Positions 17,215-26,872 of a stretch of DNA of 64,000 bases are shown here, one piece after another; position 1 is the stretch's first letter; every line of letters starts with the position of its first letter. Source of the stretch: Patescibacteria group bacterium (GTDB taxonomy: Bacteria; Patescibacteriota; Patescibacteriia; 2-12-FULL-57-11); NCBI GenBank assembly GCA_004297205.1, contig SCUL01000001.1:93862-157861 (forward strand), read 5' to 3'. The notes beneath the pieces were generated by a model. The model did not search any database, was not told the DNA's origin, and saw only the letters and a list, made by a program, of their open reading frames with translations. A program made the position numbers and the translations under genes.

Positions 17215-18393
17215 TGCCAGGCGAATCCGTTTTTGCGCGGCAAAGCCTTCGGGGTGGGCGGCAAACCGGGGACGCGCGGCATCATCGCCGCGGCCAGCCG
17301 CGAAGCCAAGAAACGCGGCGTCAAAACCGCGATGAATTCCTACGAAGCACTGCTCATCTGCCCGGAACTGGAAATCATCCACGGCGACCCGCGCATGTAC
17401 AGCGACATCACCAACCGTTTTCTGCGCATCTTCCGCCGCCACACCGAAGAGGTCGAAGTCTTCTCACTCGACGAAGCCTTCCTCGATCTGACCGGCTGGG
17501 TGCGCAACCTGGCCGAGGCCATGGCCGTGGCCTGGAAGATCAAAACGGAGATGCGCGAAGAGCTGGGCGATGAGCTGACCTGCTCGATCGGCATCGCTGA
17601 GAACAAACTGCTGGCGAAACTCGGCAGCGACCTCAAAAAACCGGATGGCATCGTGGTGCTCACTGCGGACGGCGCGCGGCGGCTCTGGCCGCAGCTTCCG
17701 GTAACGGACCTCTGCGGCATCGCCGGACGGCTCGGAGCGCGGCTCAGCGGCCGCTTCGGCGTGGCCACGGCCGGAGACCTGGGCGCCGTGCCGGTCGACA
17801 AATTGATCGACGAGTTCGGCCCGGTCATGGGCTACCACCTGCACCTCATGGGCCGCGGCGAAGATCCGTCTCCCGTCATTTCCACGGTGGCCGCCGCCAA
17901 ATCCTACAGCCACTCCTACACCCTGCCGCGCGACCTGACCGACCGTGACGAGCTGCGCAAGGTGCTGTTCGCGTTGGCGGAAAAAGTCTGCCGCCGGATG
18001 CGCGAAGACGCCGCCTGCGGACGGGTCATCTCGGCCTACGTCCGCTACGGCGACTTCAGCGGCGAGGGCGGCCGGACCACGCTGGCCGCGCCGATCGACG
18101 ATGGACTGGCCTTGTTTCGCGAGGGCTGGCGCATCGTCAAACCGCTCATCGCACGCAAGCCGGTGCGCCTGTTCGGCATCGGACTCGGCGACATACGCCC
18201 GATCCAGCAGCAGGCGTCCCTGTTCGAGAAGGATAACAAACGCCGCCGGGTCGTAGCGGCGGCGGATGCGGCGAACGACAAGTGGGGCGAACGGACCGTG
18301 GAGCCAGCGGCGACGGCCGGCACGGTGCTCAAACGGCACGTCTCAGGGTTCCATCACGCTTTGCCCGTCCACGTACGTCGCAAGGGGTTCTGA
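17161..18393 (+). CDS. dinB: DNA polymerase IV (Y-family translesion polymerase)
   Basis: MRRFIFHIDMNSYFASVA...GIIAAASREAKKRGVKTAM...SLDEAFLDL are Y-family polymerase motifs. The start is at the internal Met of track ORF 16843..18393. Confidence 0.9.
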   Translation: MRRFIFHIDMNSYFASVACQANPFLRGKAFGVGGKPGTRGIIAAASREAKKRGVKTAMNSYEALLICPELEIIHGDPRMYSDITNRFLRIFRRHTEEVEVFSLDEAFLDLTGWVRNLAEAMAVAWKIKTEMREELGDELTCSIGIAENKLLAKLGSDLKKPDGIVVLTADGARRLWPQLPVTDLCGIAGRLGARLSGRFGVATAGDLGAVPVDKLIDEFGPVMGYHLHLMGRGEDPSPVISTVAAAKSYSHSYTLPRDLTDRDELRKVLFALAEKVCRRMREDAACGRVISAYVRYGDFSGEGGRTTLAAPIDDGLALFREGWRIVKPLIARKPVRLFGIGLGDIRPIQQQASLFEKDNKRRRVVAAADAANDKWGERTVEPAATAGTVLKRHVSGFHHALPVHVRRKGF

Positions 18394-18412
18394 CCCTTTT
18401 TGTTCCTTGTTC

Positions 18413-18922
18413 TTAACGCTTCGCGCGGATCGTGGTGACGCCCAACTCGCTGTCGCAGGCGATCACTTCGATGCGGTTGCCGGACGTCTTATTGATGGCG
18501 TAGCGGGTATTTTCGGCCGTGCCCGTGTTCGGATCCATCGGGATCTCCGCCAGATAGGTTTCCACGAGGTCGCTGGTCAGATCGCTGCAGGCCGCCGTCA
18601 GAGATTCGACGGGGATGCCCGCACATGCCGTTGCATTGCAGCCGGTCGTCGCCGTACCGAGCATCTGGTAACTCGTCGCGAGCGCATCGATGTTCTTCGG
18701 GAACGTGTTGCGGTTGTCTTTCATGTACTCAAGCACGGCTTCCACGACGTCGCGCACGTCCTGGCGTCGGACCGCATTGCGCGCTTCCGCGAAGCGGCGC
18801 GCCGGGTCGACGGCGACCAGGATGACCGCGAAGAGAATGCCGATGATGCCGATGATGATGAGCAATTCAATGAGCGTGAACCCCTTCTGCTTCCGTTCCG
18901 TACGTATTTCTCCCCCCTGCAT
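18413..18922 (-). CDS. type IV pilin-like / pseudopilin protein (prepilin-type N-terminal cleavage/methylation domain)
   Basis: KGFTLIELLIIIGIIGILFAVILVAVDP is the prepilin signature G|FTLIEL. Confidence 0.8.
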   Translation of the reverse strand: MQGGEIRTERKQKGFTLIELLIIIGIIGILFAVILVAVDPARRFAEARNAVRRQDVRDVVEAVLEYMKDNRNTFPKNIDALATSYQMLGTATTGCNATACAGIPVESLTAACSDLTSDLVETYLAEIPMDPNTGTAENTRYAINKTSGNRIEVIACDSELGVTTIRAKR

Positions 18923-18978
18923 AGTGAGTCGCTTATATTACTTATGCACACGACCGTATTGCATCCAATATAGCACAC

Positions 18979-19482
18979 TCACCGGGCGGAATAGAGATCG
19001 GTGACCCCCGACTCCGGATCGCATGATCCGACGAGGACGCGCCCGTCGGCAGTGCGGTTGATGAAGTAGTCGGTGTTGGCGTCGGTCCCGGTTTTCGGGT
19101 CTTTCGGAACTTCGGCGATGTAGCCGCCGACCAGCGCGCCGCCGAGATCGAGACAGGAGGGAAGCGTCGTCGTCGCCGTGCAGGTGATGTCGCACCCCGA
19201 GGGAGCGGTGCCGATGACCTGCGAACTCGTGCCCGGGGAGTCGAGACCCGGCGGATCATTGCCGGTGTCGATCGTGAAGGCCAGCACCGCCTCCACGACG
19301 TCGCGCACGTCCTCGCGGCGGTTGGCGTTTCGCGTCTGCGCGAAACGGCCCGCCGGGTCGACGGCGACGAAGATGACGGAAAACAGGACGGCGACGATGC
19401 CGACGACCACGAGAAGCTCGATGAGGACGAATCCCTCGACGCGGCTCGGCGCACATGCTTTGTTGTGTCGCAGGTATCTCAT
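18979..19482 (-). CDS. type IV pilin-like protein, paralog 2
   Basis: EGFVLIELLVVVGIVAVLFSVIFVAVDP. Start placed at the internal Met MRYLRH. It is a tandem paralog of the adjacent pilin. Confidence 0.75.
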   Translation of the reverse strand: MRYLRHNKACAPSRVEGFVLIELLVVVGIVAVLFSVIFVAVDPAGRFAQTRNANRREDVRDVVEAVLAFTIDTGNDPPGLDSPGTSSQVIGTAPSGCDITCTATTTLPSCLDLGGALVGGYIAEVPKDPKTGTDANTDYFINRTADGRVLVGSCDPESGVTDLYSAR

Positions 19483-19517
19483 AGGAAAAATCTCGTTCCG
19501 TGCCGGCCCTGGGCGCC

Positions 19518-20789
19518 TCACGGCGTCATTTCGTCGAAAACGTCGTCGATCGTGGTCACGCCGGCAAGCACCTTGGCGATGCCGTCGTCGAACAAGGTGG
19601 TCATGCCCTTGCGGATGGCTTCCCGGCGGATGATGTCGGCGCCGGCCCGTGCCATGATCAGGTCGCGGATGGCCTCGTCCACCTCCATCGTCTCATAAAT
19701 GCCGACGCGGCCCAACGTGCCGCGGAAGCCGCAGGCGGCGCAGCCGACGCCTTTGGAGAGCTGGACCGTGCGCTTGCCCGCGAAGAGCGTCTTCTTTACG
19801 TCCTTCGGCAGGTTCTCCGGCAGCTGGTCTTCCTGGACGGTGTAGCTTTGGATGCAGTGGGGGCAGACGCGGCGCACCAGCCGCTGTGCGATGATGAGCG
19901 AAATCGTCGAGGCCATCAGGAACGGCGTGACGTTCATGTCCCGCAGGCGCGGAATGCACGCCGGCGCGTCGTTGGCGAGCAGTGCGGACAACACCAGATG
20001 GCCCGTGAGCGCGGCGTCGGCGGCGATGGAGGCGGTTTTCCGGTCGCGGATTTCCCCGACCATGATGACTTCGGGGTCCCGGCGGATGACGGACCGAAGC
20101 CCTTCGGCGAACGTCGGATGCGTTTCTGGGTTGACGTGGAGCTGGGTGACGTCGGCCAGTTGGTATTCGACCGGATCCTCGACGGTAGCGATGCCGGCCC
20201 CGCGTTCGTTCAGAACCTTCAACAGGGCGTAGAGCGTGGTCGTCTTGCCGGAGTCGGAGGGACCGGCGACGACGATCATGCCGAACGGACGGTCGAGGGC
20301 CGAGCGGACTTTTTTCATGTCTTCTTGGGACAATCCGAGGTCTTCGAGCGCATGCCGCCGGGACGTGCCGGCACGCAGCCGCATGATGACCTTTTCGCCT
20401 TCGATGACGGGGGTGGTCGAAACGCGGACGTCGACGCGCTGTTCGCCGGTCTTAATTTTGGCGAGGGTCTTGATGCGGGCGACGATCGGCTCGTGCAGCC
20501 GCTTCGGCAGGGTTACCACGTCGTGGAGCAGGCCGTCGACGCAGAACCGGACCGCCGTCTGCGTCTCCCGCGGCTCGATGTGGACGTCGGAGGCGCGGTT
20601 CTCGCAACCGTATGCCAGGATCGCATCGACGATCTTGACGATCGACGGATCTTCCGGATGGTGAACGCCGCCGACGGACCGGACCTGCGTGTCGATGAAC
20701 TTGGTGAACGCCGTTTCAAAGCCGGCCTCGGGGACCAATCCGAGGCCGAGCACCGTTTTTTTCAACGTGTCAGGAGCGACAAACGACAT
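19518..20789 (-). CDS. type II secretion / type IV pilus assembly ATPase (GspE/PilB family, short form)
   Basis: Walker A GPSDSGKTT, Walker B/Asp-box and His-box motifs, and a C-terminal CPHC...CAAC tetracysteine. Start at the internal Met, with GAGGGAGG upstream. Confidence 0.85.
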   Translation of the reverse strand: MSFVAPDTLKKTVLGLGLVPEAGFETAFTKFIDTQVRSVGGVHHPEDPSIVKIVDAILAYGCENRASDVHIEPRETQTAVRFCVDGLLHDVVTLPKRLHEPIVARIKTLAKIKTGEQRVDVRVSTTPVIEGEKVIMRLRAGTSRRHALEDLGLSQEDMKKVRSALDRPFGMIVVAGPSDSGKTTTLYALLKVLNERGAGIATVEDPVEYQLADVTQLHVNPETHPTFAEGLRSVIRRDPEVIMVGEIRDRKTASIAADAALTGHLVLSALLANDAPACIPRLRDMNVTPFLMASTISLIIAQRLVRRVCPHCIQSYTVQEDQLPENLPKDVKKTLFAGKRTVQLSKGVGCAACGFRGTLGRVGIYETMEVDEAIRDLIMARAGADIIRREAIRKGMTTLFDDGIAKVLAGVTTIDDVFDEMTP

Positions 20790-20815
20790 GTCATTCTTCG
20801 TAGCCTCCCTCGGCA

Positions 20816-21013
20816 TCAATCGTCCTCTTCATCCTCGGCGGATTCGTATTTCAAGGGTTCGATTTGAAAGCGTTCCTTGCATGTCTCCGTGTCGAACTCC
20901 CACACGTCGTCACCGCGGCGCAAAACGACCGGATTGCCGTTGATGGGCGCGGCGCACACCGGACACTTTTTGATCGGCGGTGGCGGAAGCGTCATATGTA
21001 GAAAGTATAGCAA
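20816..21013 (-). CDS. small YHS/TRASH-like metal-binding domain protein (putative)
   Basis: KKCPVCAAPINGNPVVLRRGDDVWEFDTETCKERF resembles the YHS/TRASH pattern (CPVC...yFCS..C...F). It has an acidic C-terminal tail and an apparent TTG/ATG start. Confidence 0.45.
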   Translation of the reverse strand: MLYFLHMTLPPPPIKKCPVCAAPINGNPVVLRRGDDVWEFDTETCKERFQIEPLKYESAEDEEDD

Positions 21014-21028
21014 AAAACGCGCCGGAGC

Positions 21029-22357
21029 TCACGGAGTGTCCCCCGCGGAACGGGATGGTACGGGCACGTCCGGCGGCATCGGGGCGCGTTGCGTCGAAAC
21101 GTACACGTACCCGTCGCGCGTGAGCGTCGGATAAAAGGGAACGCAGTCCTTGCGGAAGGCCGGCGGACCGCAGCCGTCTTTCGTGGAGTATTCCCAACCG
21201 TGCCAGGGGCAGACCAGGTGGCCTGCGGCGTTGAAGCTGCCTTTGTGGAGCGGCCCTTTCTGGTGGGCGCAGAAGTTCGACACCGCCAGGTAACGGTTCG
21301 TCAGCTTGAAAACGGCGATCGGCCGGCCGTCCAGGAAAAACTTCTCGCCGACGCGCGGCTGAAATTCGTCCTCGCGGGCCACGGCGACGTAGCGCACTCC
21401 CCCTTCGCTCAGCTCGCGGCCGAGCTTGATGACGCGTTCGCGCGCACGGCGATCCCCGGACCAGCGCAACACGAGGCCGACCAGATGCGAGCCTGCCACG
21501 AACGCCGCGAGCAGCACGAAGGCCGTCTGCAGCCAGCGGCCCTGGTATTGCACGACGCCGGCCCAGACATGGGCCACGGCCATGGCATAGGCGGCATAGA
21601 CCATGGCGTGCATCTGCTTCCAACCCCAGACGCGGCGGATGATCCGTGCGGTCAGCGGGTTGCGGACGACGAGCAGTCCGTACACGACCGTTCCGGCAGG
21701 AAGCGCCAGCGTCCACCACGGCAAACCCGGCTGCCGGGAGAGCACCCACCAGGCGATCGCGGCGTACCCCAGCACCATCATGAGGTGCGCGATCTGCCAG
21801 GTCCGCTCTTTGACGTGCTTCTGCCAGCGGTCGTTCGACGTCACCGCCAGGAAGAACAGGAAGTACGTGGCGGTGAAGCCGAAAAAGGTGAAAACCGCGC
21901 CGAACGCTTCCGTGAGCTGGCCGTTGTAGTAACTGCGCACCACGGTCGTGGCATGCAGCTCCGCCAGCAGGAACACGGTGACGCCCAGGTGGCGGCGGTG
22001 CGTGACGAGCCGCATGACCCACTTTTGCCACCACGACCACGGCCCGATCAAGAGAACGGCGTGGAACAGCAAGAAGGCGTCAATGGCCGCCGTACGCAGC
22101 ACGAGCGTCACCGGATCGAGGTCGGGAAAGGCAAAGTGCGCGACGATGAAGCTGACGGCGAGCACCGCGGCCAGAGCGACGTCGAACCAGGCGCGCAGGG
22201 CTGCCGAAACCGCGGCGACGATCAGGAAAAAAGCGACGACCGCGGCGAGATAGAAAACATCGAAGGCGCCGGCCACGCCCCCCAGGGCGATGAATCCTGC
22301 CGCCGCGATCAAGATGCCGCGGATGCGCCAACGCTCGCGGAGGTTCACGGCGGCCAT
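21029..22357 (-). CDS. polytopic membrane protein with a C-terminal Rieske [2Fe-2S] domain
   Basis: About 330 aa of TM helices (W-rich), then CAHQKGPLHKG...LVCPWHGWEY, which gives the Rieske CxH...CxxH ligands. Confidence 0.7.
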   Translation of the reverse strand: MAAVNLRERWRIRGILIAAAGFIALGGVAGAFDVFYLAAVVAFFLIVAAVSAALRAWFDVALAAVLAVSFIVAHFAFPDLDPVTLVLRTAAIDAFLLFHAVLLIGPWSWWQKWVMRLVTHRRHLGVTVFLLAELHATTVVRSYYNGQLTEAFGAVFTFFGFTATYFLFFLAVTSNDRWQKHVKERTWQIAHLMMVLGYAAIAWWVLSRQPGLPWWTLALPAGTVVYGLLVVRNPLTARIIRRVWGWKQMHAMVYAAYAMAVAHVWAGVVQYQGRWLQTAFVLLAAFVAGSHLVGLVLRWSGDRRARERVIKLGRELSEGGVRYVAVAREDEFQPRVGEKFFLDGRPIAVFKLTNRYLAVSNFCAHQKGPLHKGSFNAAGHLVCPWHGWEYSTKDGCGPPAFRKDCVPFYPTLTRDGYVYVSTQRAPMPPDVPVPSRSAGDTP

Positions 22358-22360
22358 AGG

Positions 22361-22906
22361 TCAGTTGAGGGATGCGGCGGTGAACACCACCTTGAACGGC
22401 ACGCAGTAGACGACGACGCTGCGCCAGTCTTCGTCCGCTTTATCGTCCGGAATCTCGTAGACCTGCCCGCCGGACGGCGACTTGAGCGCTCCCAGATCGA
22501 GGTCGCCCATGCTGTGCAGGTCGGTACTCGAGCCGGGATCCGGATGGCCGGCCAGAAAGACGTGCAACCGCGGGCCGGCATCGGTCTTGAACGCGGCATC
22601 GAGCACGAGATACGTCTTGCCGTCCTTGCGGGTGATCGTCGCCGTCCCCTGCCCCGCATGAGCCTTCTCCCGGAAGGTGCCGGAGCGCATCTTTTCTTCA
22701 CGCTTCAGCATGAGGGCGAAATCGTCCTCCATGGCCATCTCGATCTCCGGCAGGTACTGCGGCGGGTTCACGCGCATTTCCTCATCCATGGCACGCTGCA
22801 ACTGTTCCGGCGTCATGTTCGTGGTGTCCGGATACTCGTTGGTGGAGACGGAACAACCCGCCCCGAGCAGGGTGAACATGGAAAGCACGACGATCAGGCG
22901 TTTCAT
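22361..22906 (-). CDS. lipoprotein with a DM13-like domain (putative extracytoplasmic electron-transfer module)
   Basis: Signal peptide with lipobox LLGAGCS. The C-terminal half KDGKTYLVLDAAFKTDAGPRLHVFLAG...VVYCVPFKVVF resembles the DM13 pattern (F.t..GPdL.VyL). It overlaps the Dus gene stop by 4 nt. Confidence 0.55.
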   Translation of the reverse strand: MKRLIVVLSMFTLLGAGCSVSTNEYPDTTNMTPEQLQRAMDEEMRVNPPQYLPEIEMAMEDDFALMLKREEKMRSGTFREKAHAGQGTATITRKDGKTYLVLDAAFKTDAGPRLHVFLAGHPDPGSSTDLHSMGDLDLGALKSPSGGQVYEIPDDKADEDWRSVVVYCVPFKVVFTAASLN

Positions 22907-23889
22907 GCAGGCACCGGTGAGGATTCTTGGCCGAAGTATACCAAATCCAGAGCCGCCACCAGCTCGGCGCGCGAGGCGATGCGCACCAGGCGGCCGCGCA
23001 GCTCCTTGGCGCCGTGCGCACCCTTGTAGTACCAGGCCAAGTGCTTACGCATCAGAACCGCGGCCTGCGCCTCGCCGTGTTCCTCAGCCATCAAGTCGAA
23101 GTGTTCGAGGATGGTGCGGCGGCGCGTCGCCTCGTCGATCACGGTGCGGACTTCGCCGGAGCGCAGGATCTCCTCCATCTGCGCCATGCGCCAGGGATTG
23201 CCGAGCGCGCCGCGGGCCACGAGCACGCCGTCGGCGCCGCTGATGCGCAACGCTTCCACGGCTTGTTCCGGCCGGTGGATGTCGCCGTTGGCCAGTAACG
23301 GAATGTGTACACGTTTCGCAACCTCGCCGATGCGCGCCCAATCCGAGACGCCGGAGTAGCCCTGCGCCTTGGTCCGGCCGTGAACAGTGAGGAGCGCCGC
23401 CCCCGCCTGTTCCAAACGCGGTGCAAAATCCTTGGCTTCGTCCGGATCGCTCCAGCCGAGCCGGATCTTCACGGACACGGGCACCGGCACGGACGCCGCC
23501 ACCTGACGGACGATTTCCTCGGCCCGCTCCGGCTCCTTCATGAGCGCCGCGCCGTTGAAATCCGAGGTGATCTTGTAGACGGGACAGCCCATGTTGATGT
23601 CGATGGCGTCCGGTTGGTGCGTTTCATGGACGATGCGCGCCGCCTCGGCCATGACCGACGGATCCTTGCCGAAGATCTGCTGGACCATGGGCCGCTCTTC
23701 CGGATGGAACGCCGCCATCCGCAACGTTTTGGCGCTGCCGCGAACAATGGCTTCAGCCGAGACCATTTCGCGGAACACAATCTTGGCCCCGAAGCGCTTG
23801 GCGACGCGGCAGAACGGCGAATCGGTCATGTCGGCCATCGGGGACAGCGCCACGATGGGCCGCGGCTGGTCGTTCCAGGAAAACGGCAT
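22903..23889 (-). CDS. tRNA-dihydrouridine synthase
   Basis: LSPMADMTDSPFCRV...NMGCPV...VSVKIRLGW...HGRTKAQ are Dus family motifs. Confidence 0.85.
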   Translation of the reverse strand: MPFSWNDQPRPIVALSPMADMTDSPFCRVAKRFGAKIVFREMVSAEAIVRGSAKTLRMAAFHPEERPMVQQIFGKDPSVMAEAARIVHETHQPDAIDINMGCPVYKITSDFNGAALMKEPERAEEIVRQVAASVPVPVSVKIRLGWSDPDEAKDFAPRLEQAGAALLTVHGRTKAQGYSGVSDWARIGEVAKRVHIPLLANGDIHRPEQAVEALRISGADGVLVARGALGNPWRMAQMEEILRSGEVRTVIDEATRRRTILEHFDLMAEEHGEAQAAVLMRKHLAWYYKGAHGAKELRGRLVRIASRAELVAALDLVYFGQESSPVPA

Positions 23890-23959
23890 AAACGTGCGTA
23901 GGGGCGGGTTTTCCCCGCCCCTACCAGACCGTGAACCTACCAGAAAATTGCGTCCGTGT

Positions 23960-25450
23960 CTACTGTTTCACCCCGGCAATCGCTGCCTGAGCGCGGTAGG
24001 CCGAGACGGTCATCCGGCGCCAGTCAATCTGTCCCGACACTCCAGGCCTGACAGCCTTCAGCCGCTCGCAAGAAAACCTGCTGGTAAACGCCTCGTTGGG
24101 TGACGCCGTTGTGAATGGAGATACCTCGGCACAGGCAAACTCGGCCATGGTCGGAACCGCATCAGCGGACAAATGAAGCATGTATGGAACGTCCAACCTG
24201 TCTGTTTTTCCGCTTAAGATGCGTTCGGCGTTGAATCGCACGACGAACCCCTCAACGTTGAACAACAAGAGCGCCGAGACGACGACGAGCACGCCCGGAA
24301 AGGCGTACTTGGCCAGGTCGTGGTACTTCACCTTGGCCAATGCACCGACAAAGCAGGAGACGAGTACGGCCGCGATGATACCGATCGTCACCAGCGCCCA
24401 GTAGCGCGACACGGAAAGCCCGTACGCGTCGATGTAGAGCAGCAGGCGGTTGATCGCAGAAACGATCACCACGCCGGTCTGCGCGATGAGGAGCAGGGAC
24501 AGGCCCCGTGTCCCCCACTGCCGCAGTTCGGTTTGCCGGTAGATCGCCCAGATGACGCCGAAGACGATGCCGGCGACGGCCAAGAGCTGGAAGAATCCTT
24601 GCCGCGCGTACTCGGCGTAGGTCAGCCCCTGGCTTTCCACGAAGGCCTGGCCGCCGAAGAACGTGACCGTTTGGAACGCCAGGAACACCACGAACAGCGC
24701 GTTCAACAACCCAAGAAAGGTCATGACCACGGTGCGGTCGAGCGAGGCGTCGTGCGCGGCGGTCGAGGGTTTGCGCCCTTCGATGGCGCGGGTCAGCAGC
24801 AGCCAGCCGCCGCCCAGGAAGAACAGCAGGGCGACCGCATCACGGCACAGGCGGAACAGCGTCCGTGCCAGGTCCACGTCATCGAACACTCCCTCGATCC
24901 CCTTCCGGAACAGCGGATCAGCGCCGGCGAACAGCGCGCCGATGACGATCAAGAACGGAATCGCCAGAACGACGCCGCCGAGGACCGGCGTCCAGTCGCG
25001 CTTGCCGCTGCGCGTCGTCAGCATTTCCGCCGTTCCGCGCACCGGGAACAGGACTTCCGGCACGATGCGCCGCGGCCAGAGCGATTGCACCTCGTCGAAC
25101 CGCAGGCGCGGCACGGTCAACCAGTACGAGAAAAAGGTCAGTGACACGAACGTGATCAGGAAGCCGAGCGCGGCCACCACGTCGCTGGCATACAACGTTT
25201 CCGCCGCCAGCGTGAAGGCCACCGGAACCAGGAACAGGAATGCCCAGGTGTTCAGCGGCTTCGAGGACATGACGGCCAGCACCAGCATGCCGGCGATGAG
25301 AACCGCCGCGAACAGCACGAAACCGAATCCGTGCCCGGATGGAATCAACAAAAAGTGAAAGGCCAGCGTCGCGGCGAATGCCGTGAGCATGGTCGCGACG
25401 ACCAGATGAGCCTTGTGGTGCGGGTGCGGCGCGGACAGGTCAAAAGCCAT
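23960..25450 (-). CDS. hypothetical polytopic membrane protein (496 aa, more than 10 TM helices)
   Basis: Hydrophobic periodicity throughout. No family recognised with confidence. Confidence 0.55.
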   Translation of the reverse strand: MAFDLSAPHPHHKAHLVVATMLTAFAATLAFHFLLIPSGHGFGFVLFAAVLIAGMLVLAVMSSKPLNTWAFLFLVPVAFTLAAETLYASDVVAALGFLITFVSLTFFSYWLTVPRLRFDEVQSLWPRRIVPEVLFPVRGTAEMLTTRSGKRDWTPVLGGVVLAIPFLIVIGALFAGADPLFRKGIEGVFDDVDLARTLFRLCRDAVALLFFLGGGWLLLTRAIEGRKPSTAAHDASLDRTVVMTFLGLLNALFVVFLAFQTVTFFGGQAFVESQGLTYAEYARQGFFQLLAVAGIVFGVIWAIYRQTELRQWGTRGLSLLLIAQTGVVIVSAINRLLLYIDAYGLSVSRYWALVTIGIIAAVLVSCFVGALAKVKYHDLAKYAFPGVLVVVSALLLFNVEGFVVRFNAERILSGKTDRLDVPYMLHLSADAVPTMAEFACAEVSPFTTASPNEAFTSRFSCERLKAVRPGVSGQIDWRRMTVSAYRAQAAIAGVKQ

Positions 25451-25462
25451 ATGCGATGGACG

Positions 25463-26815
25463 TTACACGATCATGGACGGCGCTTCCAGTTCGGACGGCC
25501 GTTTGAAAATCACGTCTTCGATGCGGTAGGTGCCATGGGTCGGCGCTTCGATAAAGCCGTTCCAGGCCATGCGGGCCAGGCCGCCGGACTGCAACCAGTC
25601 GAACAACCATTCGTCCGTGTACCGCTCGTCGTTCTGGGCCACGCCGCCGCCGACCTGCTGCAGCCACAGCCGGTTGAAATCTTCCTGCGATCCCACCGAC
25701 GGCGCCAGGATGAGCGGGATGCCGAGACCCGTATAAAAGGACAGTTCGGACGGCTTGGTCCACAGCAGGTCCGTGGCGCGCAGCGTCTGGCTGAACTCGC
25801 GAAAGTAGGCGGGGCGGTCTTCGGCGAGCATCACGTTGATGCTCTTGCCGAGTTCCTTGCCGAGTCCGAGCGTTTTCACTTCGTCCCGGAAGAACCGCGC
25901 CACCTCGGCACGCACGCCGGCCACCAGGTTGATCTGCACGTCGTGGTGCTTGAGACGGCGGCGCAACGACTTGCAGATGTTGATACCCAGCTGCTTTTGC
26001 GCGCCGGCGCCGCCCACGCAGAAGGTGATGGTCAGCGGGTGGTCGGCTTTGGCCGGGCAGTACTTATTACCCAAAAAGAGGTCCAAGGTTTCCGCGTAGC
26101 GCATGCGGAAGGCGCCCGACGGGTCCAGGTTGCACAAACGGTTGCCCATGTCGCGCTTGATGATCGACGACCCCGGCCCGCCAATCAGCTCTTTCGGCAT
26201 CGGAAAACCGGTCAGGAAAATGTTCTTTTCCGGGACGCCGTACAGCTTCAGGCGCTCGACGACGCGGCCGTTCGACGCGAAGTACTTGATGCGGCTCTTC
26301 TTGGGGTCCTTGGCCACCCAGGCGCGGCTCATGTCCGCGTCGCAGACAACCATGTAAATGTCGTTCGGGTAGTCGTAGATTTCCGCGGCGAAGGCGGGAA
26401 TGAAAAACGTGGACACGAGCGGTCGGTCCGGATGTTCGCGCAGCCGCTCCACCAGGTCGCGTCCCAGTCCCCGCTTTTCGATCAGCGAGTAGGTCTGGCG
26501 CACCTGCAGGCTCGGCTCCGACAAATCGCGCCGCGGATAGAACTGCGGGATGCGCTGCAGCGAGTCGAGCACCTCGAAGACGTACGGGCCGATGACCGGC
26601 AGGGGTTTCAGGCGGGAAATCGTCTCGTAGACGGATTTGCCCTCATGCCACATGCGCTTGTCCTCGCGCGGGATGCCCGGATAGTTGTTGGCGATGATGT
26701 AGCCCTGCGGTCCGGCCAGGTCGCGCAGCGCATACGCGGCGCGCTCGTGGCCGTAGCCCATGTCCACGGCCACGACCCAGGCGCGCTTGTTTTTCGGCGC
26801 GGCGTGCGAATGCAT
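25463..26815 (-). CDS. hypothetical protein, possibly a GT-B-fold glycosyltransferase (MurG / MGDG-synthase-like N-terminal G-x-G-H motif)
   Basis: KRAWVVAVDMGYGHERAAYAL resembles the GT28 N-terminal motif. Assignment is tentative. Confidence 0.45.
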   Translation of the reverse strand: MHSHAAPKNKRAWVVAVDMGYGHERAAYALRDLAGPQGYIIANNYPGIPREDKRMWHEGKSVYETISRLKPLPVIGPYVFEVLDSLQRIPQFYPRRDLSEPSLQVRQTYSLIEKRGLGRDLVERLREHPDRPLVSTFFIPAFAAEIYDYPNDIYMVVCDADMSRAWVAKDPKKSRIKYFASNGRVVERLKLYGVPEKNIFLTGFPMPKELIGGPGSSIIKRDMGNRLCNLDPSGAFRMRYAETLDLFLGNKYCPAKADHPLTITFCVGGAGAQKQLGINICKSLRRRLKHHDVQINLVAGVRAEVARFFRDEVKTLGLGKELGKSINVMLAEDRPAYFREFSQTLRATDLLWTKPSELSFYTGLGIPLILAPSVGSQEDFNRLWLQQVGGGVAQNDERYTDEWLFDWLQSGGLARMAWNGFIEAPTHGTYRIEDVIFKRPSELEAPSMIV

Positions 26816-26872
26816 GCCGGCAGTATACCAAAACGCGCTCCCGCCGGGGAGCGCGTTTTTGCCGGTGTACGA

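Noticed and set aside
21089-23029. 646-aa plus-strand ORF
   Set aside because: It spans three real minus-strand genes (Rieske protein, DM13 lipoprotein, Dus) in antisense, with R/G/E-rich composition.
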